Source of the DNA: a virus | Virus record (IMG/VR): IMGVR_UViG_3300032668_000017 | Location: 2,824-66,823 of that record | Direction: 5' to 3' (one strand) | Length of the DNA: 64,000 bases | Part shown: piece by piece, positions 56,312-64,000 of the stretch | Layout: each line of letters begins with the position of its first letter | Position numbering within the stretch: the stretch's first letter is position 1 | Made by a program: the position numbers and the translations under genes | Notes under the pieces: model-generated | The model's input: the letters and a program-made list of their open reading frames with translations, nothing else | The model's database searches: none | Told to the model about the DNA's origin: nothing

Positions 56312-58274
56312 TGGGCTACGAACTTTAGTCGTAGACTTTGAAACTCGTTGGGATAGTAAGGACTACACACTAAGCAAAATGACTACGGAAGAATATGTCC
56401 GCAGTCCGATGTTCAAAGCATTTGGTGTAGGCTATAAGTGGCTTGACGAAGATACAACTCATTGGGTTACGCACGACGACATACCATCGTGGGTTAGTTC
56501 TATTGATTGGGAAAACATAAATGTGCTAGCGCATAATGCCCAGTTCGATATCTCAATCCTCGCTTGGCGATACGGCGCGCGACCCTTCTTCATACTAGAT
56601 AGTTTGTCTATGGCTCGTGCCTTGCGTGGTGTAGAAGTAGGCAATAGCCTAGCTAAGTTGGCAGAAGACTATGGGCTACCACCTAAAGGACAAGCGGTGC
56701 ATAGCACCAACGGCTTGGCTGAAATTACCTATGAGATGGAGAAAGAGTTAGCCATCTACTGCGAGCATGATGTGGAGTTGTGTGCGCAGATATACAGGAA
56801 CCTGATGGGCGAAGTTGAAGGTGGGTTTCCTGAGAGCGAGCTAAAGCTAATTGACATGACGCTCAAGATGTTTGTGTTCCCTAGACTTGAGCTAGACAAG
56901 GAGATGTTAGATGAAGCAATCGAAGATGAGAGGACAAAGCGGGAAGCGTTGCTTGCAAAAGTTGGGGTTGATGAAACGGCGCTTGCTAGTAACCCTAAGT
57001 TTGCTGAAGTTCTTAGTGGACTTGGGGTCAAACCACCCCTCAAAATCAGTAAAACGACTGGTAAGGAAACTTACGCTTTCTCTAAAAACGATGCGCTCTT
57101 CCAAGCGTTGCTTAACAGTAGTAACGACGATGTTGCCCTACTTTGTGAGGCAAGGCTTAAGGTTAAATCGACGCTTGAACGCACAAGAGCGCAGAGATTC
57201 GCAGATATATCGGAACGAGGTGCGCTACCTGTCCCGCTCAATTACTACGGCGCACACACAGGTCGTTGGTCGGCGAGCAAGGGCTCGGGGCTTAATCTAC
57301 AAAACCTCAAGCGGAACTCCTTCCTACGCAAAGCTATCAAAGCACCGCAAGGTTATACCCTCGTGGTCTGCGACCTCGCACAAATTGAGCCGAGAGTTCT
57401 TGCATACCTTGCGGACTATGAAGAGCTTATTGAAATCTTTGCGTCGGGGCAAGATGCGTATTCGGCTTTCGGGGCGCAAATGTTCGGCATTCCGAATCTC
57501 AGTAAGGAAACACATCCGACGCTTAGGCAGTCAGCCAAATCAGCGCTGTTAGGTTGTGGCTATGGCATGGGTTGGGCTAGCTTTTCTGCACAACTTCTTA
57601 CTGGATTCCTAGGCGCACCACCTACGCTATACGACAAAGCATTTGCTAAACAACTTGGTGTAACTCAGCAAGATGCCGAAGACTTTGTTGGTTGGGAAAG
57701 AAACATGGAACTACTTAGCAAGATACCCCACACTTGCACAGACAGAGAGCTAGCGATACATAGCTTAGCGGCTAAGAAAATCATTGAGAAGTATCGTGAA
57801 GCGGCTTACCCTGTCGTAGCCTTTTGGGAGTTGTGTAGTTCGTTAATAAAGCATAGCCTAGCCGATGGTAAAGATTACGAATACAAGTGTCTAAAATTTA
57901 CAAAAGAGCGTATAATTCTACCTAGTGGTTTGGCTCTGCGTTATCCTGATTTAAAGGGCGTAGCCGACGACAAAGGTAGGATGCAGTGGTTTTATGGGTC
58001 TGACGAGAAGAAGCTATACGGCGGTAAGCTGGTAGAAAACATCGTTCAGGCGGTAGCTCGTTGTGTGATGACTGATGGTATGTTGAGAATACAAGAACGA
58101 TACCCTTGTGTTTTGACTGTCCATGATGAAGTAGTGGCGCTAGCCCCTGAGGAAGAAGCTGATGAAGCTGAAAACTGGGTCTTGGCGCAAATGGTCATGG
58201 AGCCAAAGTATATGAAAGGTATCCCGCTTGACGCAGAATCAAGTCATGCTAAACGCTATGGAGATGCAAAGTAA
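56307..58274 (+). CDS. DNA polymerase family A with 3'-5' exonuclease
   Basis: Exo motifs DFET, HNAQFD and YCEHD; HTGRWS; motif A DLAQIEPR; motif B RQSAKSALLGCGYG; motif C VHDE. Confidence 0.95.
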   Translation: MNGLRTLVVDFETRWDSKDYTLSKMTTEEYVRSPMFKAFGVGYKWLDEDTTHWVTHDDIPSWVSSIDWENINVLAHNAQFDISILAWRYGARPFFILDSLSMARALRGVEVGNSLAKLAEDYGLPPKGQAVHSTNGLAEITYEMEKELAIYCEHDVELCAQIYRNLMGEVEGGFPESELKLIDMTLKMFVFPRLELDKEMLDEAIEDERTKREALLAKVGVDETALASNPKFAEVLSGLGVKPPLKISKTTGKETYAFSKNDALFQALLNSSNDDVALLCEARLKVKSTLERTRAQRFADISERGALPVPLNYYGAHTGRWSASKGSGLNLQNLKRNSFLRKAIKAPQGYTLVVCDLAQIEPRVLAYLADYEELIEIFASGQDAYSAFGAQMFGIPNLSKETHPTLRQSAKSALLGCGYGMGWASFSAQLLTGFLGAPPTLYDKAFAKQLGVTQQDAEDFVGWERNMELLSKIPHTCTDRELAIHSLAAKKIIEKYREAAYPVVAFWELCSSLIKHSLADGKDYEYKCLKFTKERIILPSGLALRYPDLKGVADDKGRMQWFYGSDEKKLYGGKLVENIVQAVARCVMTDGMLRIQERYPCVLTVHDEVVALAPEEEADEAENWVLAQMVMEPKYMKGIPLDAESSHAKRYGDAK

Positions 58275-58945
58275 TGGAAGTTAAACCAATCAAGTGGAGC
58301 CACTCGGGTCTTAAAGATTACGAAGGATGCGCTCGTCGGTTCTACGAGGTTAAGGTTTTAAAGAACTACCCATTCCAAGAGACTGTCCATACTAAATATG
58401 GTAAGCAAGTTCACGAAGCGGCTGAGTTGTTTGTAAAAGACGGCACGCCTGTGCCAGCAGAATACTCTTTTATGGAGCCGATTCTAGAACAGCTTATGAA
58501 GATTAACGGCAGAAAGATGCCTGAGCTTGAGATGGGTGTGCGTGAGGATTTAACCCCTTGCGCATTTGACGCACCTGATGTTTGGGCTAGAGGTATCGCT
58601 GACTTGGTCATCATAGATGACGATGGTTTAAAGGCTTGGGTAGTTGATTACAAAACAGGCAACGACAAATACCCTGACAGAGACCAGCTAATTCTAATGT
58701 CTTTGATGGTGTTTGCTCACTTCCCACACATCCGTCAGGTCAACTCTTCTTTGCTTTTCGTAGTGAAAAATAGTATGGTTAAGCATAAAATGGTGGCAGA
58801 CGAGAAAGATTTTCATTGGGGTTTATACCGAGAAAGAGTTAGCAAGCTACAAGCTAGCTACAAAAACGATGTATGGAACCCAACAAGCACCCCGCTATGT
58901 GGCTGGTGTCAAGTAAAGTCTTGTGAATTTAACCCCAAGCACTAG
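58274..58945 (+). CDS. PD-(D/E)XK (Cas4/RecB-like) exonuclease
   Basis: WSHS...C, G..VH, GIADL, DYKTG, and C-terminal CGWC..C. Confidence 0.85.
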   Translation: MEVKPIKWSHSGLKDYEGCARRFYEVKVLKNYPFQETVHTKYGKQVHEAAELFVKDGTPVPAEYSFMEPILEQLMKINGRKMPELEMGVREDLTPCAFDAPDVWARGIADLVIIDDDGLKAWVVDYKTGNDKYPDRDQLILMSLMVFAHFPHIRQVNSSLLFVVKNSMVKHKMVADEKDFHWGLYRERVSKLQASYKNDVWNPTSTPLCGWCQVKSCEFNPKH

Positions 58946-58953
58946 GAACTATT

Positions 58954-59190
58954 ATGCAAACAGACGGCAAGCGTAACTACAAACACGCATACAAACTACA
59001 AAAGAAAACAGGCGAGACTGAGGATCAGTTAGAGCGACAAAAGGCTCGTAGAAAATACGACAAGGAAGGTATAGACCGCAAAGGCAAACACATTGACCAT
59101 GTGAAACCTTTAAAGTCAGGTGGGAAATCAACAAGCGGTAACTTAAGACTGCGATCTCCCAAAGCAAATATGTCAGATAATAAAAAATAA
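58954..59190 (+). CDS. Small HNH-like endonuclease
   Basis: HIDHVKPLKSGG...NLR....AN. Confidence 0.7.
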   Translation: MQTDGKRNYKHAYKLQKKTGETEDQLERQKARRKYDKEGIDRKGKHIDHVKPLKSGGKSTSGNLRLRSPKANMSDNKK

Positions 59191-59214
59191 TACTGGCAAC
59201 AACGAAAGGAAAAT

Positions 59215-59487
59215 ATGGAGTTACTAAAAAGTTTATTTGAAGACTTTGGTAGGGTGTTAACAAGCCCCGCTAACGACACAATGGATACGCCTATTCATGT
59301 GCTTGAAGCTATGTGGCAAGTTAAGTGGGGCAACGAATGGGTTCCAGCAGAAGACTTTAACGACCTCTTTTGGCAAGGGGCTTTAATGCGCTTAGCTAAC
59401 CGAGACTTAGTCGAACATCATAGAATTGTTACCGCACCAGATGGCAATAGCGGTCTGGTATACAGGCTAAAGAAAAATGAGGCATGA
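59215..59487 (+). CDS. Hypothetical protein
   Basis: GAAAGGA SD; W..KWG.EWV motif resembles the next ORF. Confidence 0.6.
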   Translation: MELLKSLFEDFGRVLTSPANDTMDTPIHVLEAMWQVKWGNEWVPAEDFNDLFWQGALMRLANRDLVEHHRIVTAPDGNSGLVYRLKKNEA

Positions 59488-59824
59488 AAGGTATTCGATT
59501 GGGTGGACTGATCCTAGGGGTGTGTTTGGTCTCGGAACAGGATACCCACCAAAATTTGGGCGGTATGGAATGGAAAACAAAGTAAGGAGAAGCTTTGTGA
59601 AAGGCGCAAAGAAAGCAGATGCACACGAGTATGTAACCGACGCCAAAGAAATGCCGATCGAAGCGTGTCGTAATCTTTGGTTAATTACTTATGGAGACGA
59701 TTGGGTCGATTCTAGCGTTTGCGTAGAACAAGAACCTGTTATGTGGGAAGTTGGCAATAGACTATTTTGGGCTGGCTTATTAGAGCATGATACACAAGTG
59801 GATAGATACAAATGCAAATCATAG
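59477..59824 (+). CDS. Hypothetical protein
   Basis: LWLITYGDDWV...RL motif. Confidence 0.55.
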   Translation: MRHERYSIGWTDPRGVFGLGTGYPPKFGRYGMENKVRRSFVKGAKKADAHEYVTDAKEMPIEACRNLWLITYGDDWVDSSVCVEQEPVMWEVGNRLFWAGLLEHDTQVDRYKCKS

Positions 59825-61371
59825 AAAACAAAGCGCTGGTGTTTAACACCCGTGACCCACACAAATATAGCGTTATCCCTAATCATGCCATCGTAGAATC
59901 GAACGGCAATATACATAAAGTTGCTGTGAAATGGGGCTTGGATGAAGTGCGTGTGCTACGCAATCTAGGTGTTAAGAATGTTCCTTCGCCTATCCGAGCT
60001 AAATACACATGGCCGGGTATGTATAAACCCTTTGAACATCAGATTGATACCGCAGAATTTCTGACAATTCACCCTAGAGCTTTCGTATTTAACGACCCCG
60101 GCACAGGGAAAACTATGAGCGCGCTATGGGCTGCCGACTATTTAATGAAGCTAGGTCGTGTCCGTAGATGTCTTATCCTATGCCCCCTATCAATCATGCA
60201 CGACGCTTGGATGAACGGCGTAGGTAAGAGCGTAATACACAGATCAGTTATCGTAGCGCACCACGCACAAGCTACAAGACGCATTGAAATGGTGCAAGGC
60301 AACTACGAGTTTGTAGTAGTGAACTATGACGGCTTAAATCTTATCGCTGACGAAGTTGTAGCTAACGGCAAGTTCGATTTAATTATTGTGGATGAAGCCA
60401 ACGCATACAAGAATCCATCTACTAAACGCTGGAAGTCACTTAGCAAAATCCTCAAGCCCGATACTATGCTTTGGATGATGACAGGAACACCAGCGTCTCA
60501 GTCCCCTGTTGATGCGTATGGCTTGGCTAGGCTAGTCAATCCCTCAGGAGTTCCTAAATTCGCTACGGCATGGCGGGACAAGACTATGCAGAAATTAACC
60601 CAGTTCAAGTGGGTTCCCAAGAAAGGGGCGGCTGAGGCTGTTTTTGAGGCGCTACAGCCCGCCATTCGGTTTACTAAGGAAGAGTGTACCGACTTGCCCC
60701 CAGTCCTTACAGAGACCCGAGAAATACCCTTAACGCCCCAACAGACAAAATACTACCGCTTGCTTAAAGATAAGATGGTCATGGAAGCGGCTGGTGAAAC
60801 TATTACCGCAGTTAATGCGGCGGCTGGTGTCTCTAAATTACTACAGATTTCTGCGGGTGCGGCTTACACAGATGGGCATGAAGTAGTTGAGTTTGATTGC
60901 GCCCCACGCTTATCGGTACTACTGGAAGTATTAGAAGAGACGAGCCGTAAGGTGATAGTTTTTGCTCCGTTCAGACATAGCATTGATACTATCCATAACC
61001 ACTTACTAAAACACAATGTGGCTTCTGAGGTGATTCATGGGGACATTGGAGTATCTAAAAGAACAGATATCTTCAAGCGCTTCCAAACCTTGCCCGAACC
61101 TCGTATACTGGTAGTTCAACCGCAAGCCGCATCGCATGGTGTGACTTTAACTGCCGCAGATACAGTCGTGTTTTATGGTCCTGTTATGTCGGTTGAAACG
61201 TATTTACAATGTATTGCAAGAGCAGATCGTATTGGTCAAGATTCCACCAAAGTTACTGTGATACACTTACAAGGTAGTGAGATAGAAAAGAAGATGTTCG
61301 CCCAGCTCGAGAAGCGGGTCAGAGGTCACGATATCTTACTTAGCTTGTATAAAGAAGAAGTGAATCAGTAA
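59812..61371 (+). CDS. SNF2-family (SF2) helicase
   Basis: DPGTGKT, DEAN, TGTP, HGVTL and QCIARADRIGQ motifs. Confidence 0.9.
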   Translation: MQIIENKALVFNTRDPHKYSVIPNHAIVESNGNIHKVAVKWGLDEVRVLRNLGVKNVPSPIRAKYTWPGMYKPFEHQIDTAEFLTIHPRAFVFNDPGTGKTMSALWAADYLMKLGRVRRCLILCPLSIMHDAWMNGVGKSVIHRSVIVAHHAQATRRIEMVQGNYEFVVVNYDGLNLIADEVVANGKFDLIIVDEANAYKNPSTKRWKSLSKILKPDTMLWMMTGTPASQSPVDAYGLARLVNPSGVPKFATAWRDKTMQKLTQFKWVPKKGAAEAVFEALQPAIRFTKEECTDLPPVLTETREIPLTPQQTKYYRLLKDKMVMEAAGETITAVNAAAGVSKLLQISAGAAYTDGHEVVEFDCAPRLSVLLEVLEETSRKVIVFAPFRHSIDTIHNHLLKHNVASEVIHGDIGVSKRTDIFKRFQTLPEPRILVVQPQAASHGVTLTAADTVVFYGPVMSVETYLQCIARADRIGQDSTKVTVIHLQGSEIEKKMFAQLEKRVRGHDILLSLYKEEVNQ

Positions 61372-61451
61372 AAAGAAAACCCTAGTTTGGGTTGTATTGT
61401 TGCCTCTATTGTTGTAAAGTATTTGACATAGACATTGAAAGGAGAAACGAG

Positions 61452-61862
61452 ATGTCTGAAGAAAATGAATTGATACCGCTAGATAAACTGGCTAAGGTAT
61501 ACCGCAAGATATATTCAAGGGTTCAAGAGCTGACTCGTGAATACGAAAGTGAAATAGAAAAGCTCAAAGCGCAACAAGACGAATTGAAGAACGCCATGAA
61601 AGATCAGATGGTGGCTCTTGGCACTAACTCGGTGAAGACTGACGAAGGCACAATTATCTTGTCGCAAAAGGTTCGTTACTACACAGACGATTGGGATTCG
61701 TTCAAAGAGTTTGTTGTTGATAACGATGCTTTAGATTTGTTCGAGCGCAGAATATCGCAGAAGAACATGGCGTTGTTCCTAGAGGAAAACCCGGGGCTAG
61801 TTCCTGCTGGGTTAAACTCTTTGCAAGATTTTGCAGTAACTGTTCGTAAACCAACTAAATAA
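61452..61862 (+). CDS. Coiled-coil replication-region protein
   Basis: GAAAGGAG SD; SVKTDEGT...DWDSF motif. Confidence 0.65.
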   Translation: MSEENELIPLDKLAKVYRKIYSRVQELTREYESEIEKLKAQQDELKNAMKDQMVALGTNSVKTDEGTIILSQKVRYYTDDWDSFKEFVVDNDALDLFERRISQKNMALFLEENPGLVPAGLNSLQDFAVTVRKPTK

Positions 61863-61875
61863 GGAAGTAATAAAA

Positions 61876-62763
61876 ATGAGTGAACTCACTACATTTAACC
61901 CCTCAAAACTACCAGCGTTTGCAAAGAGCGCAGAGCTGTCTTCATTAGCTAAGAGCTTGGCTGGCGGTGTCGGGGTCTCACAGAAGCGTATCTCAACGAA
62001 GGGTGGAGTATTCCGTTTAATCGCTGGCGGTAAAGAGATTGCCGCTATTGATGACAGACATCTTGACGTAGTTATTGTTCAAGCTGCTCCAAAGATTAGC
62101 CGTACATTTTATGCTGGCACTTATGAGGAAGGCGCTAACTCAGCACCTACTTGCTGGTCTGCTGATGGTGATACACCTGATGCAAGCATTGAAGAGCCAC
62201 AAGCTCCATCATGCGCAAACTGTCCTCAAAATGCCAAAGGCTCAGGTCTAGGTGATTCTCGTGCTTGCCGTTTCAGCCAGCGTTTAGCAGTTGTTTTGGC
62301 TAACGATATGGAAGGCGATGTTATGCAGTTGACCCTAGCCGCTACATCTATCTTCGGTAAGGAAGACGGAGACAAGCGCCCACTACAAGCCTACGCTCGT
62401 TACCTAGCGGCTCAAAGCATTAACCCCGAGACCCTAGTAACTCGTATGCGTTTTGATACTAAAGCCGCAGTACCCAAGTTGTTCTTCCAACCTATGCGCT
62501 GGTTGACCGACGAGGAGTATGAAGTTTGCGCTAAGAAGGGTCAATCTACCGAAGCTAAGCAAGCAATTACTATGAGCGTAGCTAAGAAGAAAGACGAGCC
62601 ATTAGCTCTCGAAGGCAAGAAACCAAAGGCTAAAGTAGAAGCATCAGAAGAAGCTGATGAGCCTGAAGTTCGCAAGCCAGCAGTTAAACCCAACGCAGTA
62701 CCAGCCAAGAAAGCTGGCAAGCTAGCCGAAGTAATCGGCGAATGGGAAACTGACGACGAGTAA
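61876..62763 (+). CDS. Probable ssDNA-binding/annealing protein
   Basis: CWS...CANCPQN..GS...ACR motif; acidic C-terminal tail WETDDE; replication context. Confidence 0.55.
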   Translation: MSELTTFNPSKLPAFAKSAELSSLAKSLAGGVGVSQKRISTKGGVFRLIAGGKEIAAIDDRHLDVVIVQAAPKISRTFYAGTYEEGANSAPTCWSADGDTPDASIEEPQAPSCANCPQNAKGSGLGDSRACRFSQRLAVVLANDMEGDVMQLTLAATSIFGKEDGDKRPLQAYARYLAAQSINPETLVTRMRFDTKAAVPKLFFQPMRWLTDEEYEVCAKKGQSTEAKQAITMSVAKKKDEPLALEGKKPKAKVEASEEADEPEVRKPAVKPNAVPAKKAGKLAEVIGEWETDDE

Positions 62764-62853
62764 TAGTTTTGGGGGAAAGTGGATGGTTTATTAACCCGAT
62801 GCTTCACGTACATTGCACGAGTACCCCACCCTTTAATTAACGAGAATAATAAG

Positions 62854-63120
62854 ATGCCGTATTCAGATAAGATTGTTGAAGCAACATCAAAAGCGCCTAA
62901 GTCGCTTGGTAACTTATTAGGAAGATGGGCTGTTAAGCTTGACTTTCCTGTAATAAAAATATCCGATTACACCGGAGCAACACGTCAGTCTATTTATAAC
63001 TGGTTTGGTGGTTCAGAAGTATCGCCAGCATACCGCAGAAGTGTAGAGAATTTACTGGCCATCCTACAATCAAGCAACACCGCAGAGGAGGCAATGAGAA
63101 AATGCAACAAAAGCAAGTAA
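62854..63120 (+). CDS. HTH (Cro-like) regulator
   Basis: ISDYTGATRQSIYNWF helix-turn-helix. Confidence 0.75.
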   Translation: MPYSDKIVEATSKAPKSLGNLLGRWAVKLDFPVIKISDYTGATRQSIYNWFGGSEVSPAYRRSVENLLAILQSSNTAEEAMRKCNKSK

Positions 63121-63257
63121 CATCATCCATCAACCCACGCATATTAACCGACAGAGAATTAGTTAATTTTGCTGAACGATTTTTGTTAGCGGGTAGTACC
63201 ATGCCCGAGGACTTTCAGCAAGAGCTAGTACACAGATTGTACGAACGTATTAACTAA
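63102..63257 (+). CDS. Small hypothetical protein
   Basis: Translated by hand; PRILTDREL. Confidence 0.5.
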   Translation: MQQKQVTSSINPRILTDRELVNFAERFLLAGSTMPEDFQQELVHRLYERIN

Positions 63258-63273
63258 TTTTAAGGGGTTACTT

Positions 63274-64000
63274 ATGAAGTCGCAGGATTTCCTAGCGACT
63301 GTGCTTCCATCTTCGGGTAAGTATTGCGCCTGCGAGTTGAGCACAGCTAAAAAAGAGCACGTCTTTGTGGAGACGATTGAAGACTTGTATAGCACAGCTA
63401 TCGAGTTTAGTAATAAAGGCTTAAATGCTTTTTATGCGTTATCGACTTTTGATGCTAACAAACGACTAACTGAAAATGCAGTAAAAATCAAATCATTGTT
63501 TTTAGATATTGATTGTGGTGATGGAAAGGACTATGATAGTAAACAGGCGGCTGCGGCGGCATTGGATAGCTTTTTGTCCGAAACTTCGTTAGCAGACCTT
63601 GGAACCCCATACATCTTATCTAGTGGGGGTGGACTCCATGTTTACTGGCCTCTGACCGAAGAAGTTGATATTGCAGTTTGGAAACCTGTTGCTGAGAATT
63701 TAAAGAGACTCTGCAAGCAGATGGACTTCAATATAGATTTTGGAGTTACAGGCGATGCGTCTCGGGTTTTGCGGGTTCCTGATACTAAGAACTACAAGCA
63801 AGCTAAGCCACGCCCAGTAAAAATTCTAGTAGAAGGTAAGACCTTTGAGCTAGAGAAGATTAACGCCATCCTCAAAGACCAGCTAACCATCACCTACGAG
63901 GAAACTTCTCTTAACATCCCCGGCAAGCGCCCCAAAGAAACAGGGGCAACCAGTGTCAAACTTCTTGAAAACTCCAGCACTTTCTTCAAAAAAATTGAGG
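63274..64000 (+). CDS. AEP/RepB-like primase (partial)
   Basis: FLDID, SSGGGLHVYW and RVLRVP motifs; runs off the right edge. Confidence 0.85.
   Translation, partial: MKSQDFLATVLPSSGKYCACELSTAKKEHVFVETIEDLYSTAIEFSNKGLNAFYALSTFDANKRLTENAVKIKSLFLDIDCGDGKDYDSKQAAAAALDSFLSETSLADLGTPYILSSGGGLHVYWPLTEEVDIAVWKPVAENLKRLCKQMDFNIDFGVTGDASRVLRVPDTKNYKQAKPRPVKILVEGKTFELEKINAILKDQLTITYEETSLNIPGKRPKETGATSVKLLENSSTFFKKIE

Noticed and set aside
58274-58945. Cas4 as evidence of a CRISPR-Cas system
   Set aside because: It is a stand-alone PD-(D/E)XK nuclease in a replication module, with no other cas genes or array
1-64000. tRNA genes, integrase, or stop-codon reassignment
   Set aside because: No cloverleaf or recombinase motifs were recognised by eye, and core genes are intact under the standard code. 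tRNAscan-SE would be needed to exclude tRNAs fully.

Overview
The window is a contiguous 64-kb stretch of a tailed dsDNA bacteriophage (Caudoviricetes). The head and tail modules look podovirus-like, and the host is probably a freshwater betaproteobacterium (inference). It has two divergent arms. The minus strand from 41.6 kb to 1 carries the late/virion genes: TerS, TerL, 2OG-Fe(II) oxygenase, portal, GroES-like, scaffold, Mu gpT-like major capsid, a cluster of small basic proteins, adaptors, an array of receptor-binding modules each with its own chaperone, lysis genes, ejection proteins and a >2300-aa polyvalent protein that runs off the left edge. The plus strand from 42 kb to 64 kb carries the early and replication genes: many small ORFs, a MoxR-AAA/VWA-metallopeptidase module, VRR-NUC, family A DNA polymerase, PD-(D/E)XK nuclease, SNF2 helicase, SSB-like protein, HTH and primase. 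The most notable signal is an ~80-nt promoter- and terminator-bounded small RNA (41668-41747) whose hairpin loop is complementary to the ribosome-binding regions of several early/middle genes. Other signals are a pseudoknotted RNA downstream of the capsid gene, repeat-bounded adhesin/chaperone cassettes, three identical-arm palindromes in the early region, a 24-bp gene-junction repeat, and a shared hydrophobic-x-x-GG motif in virion proteins. All protein calls come from motif recognition by eye; no database searches were run.
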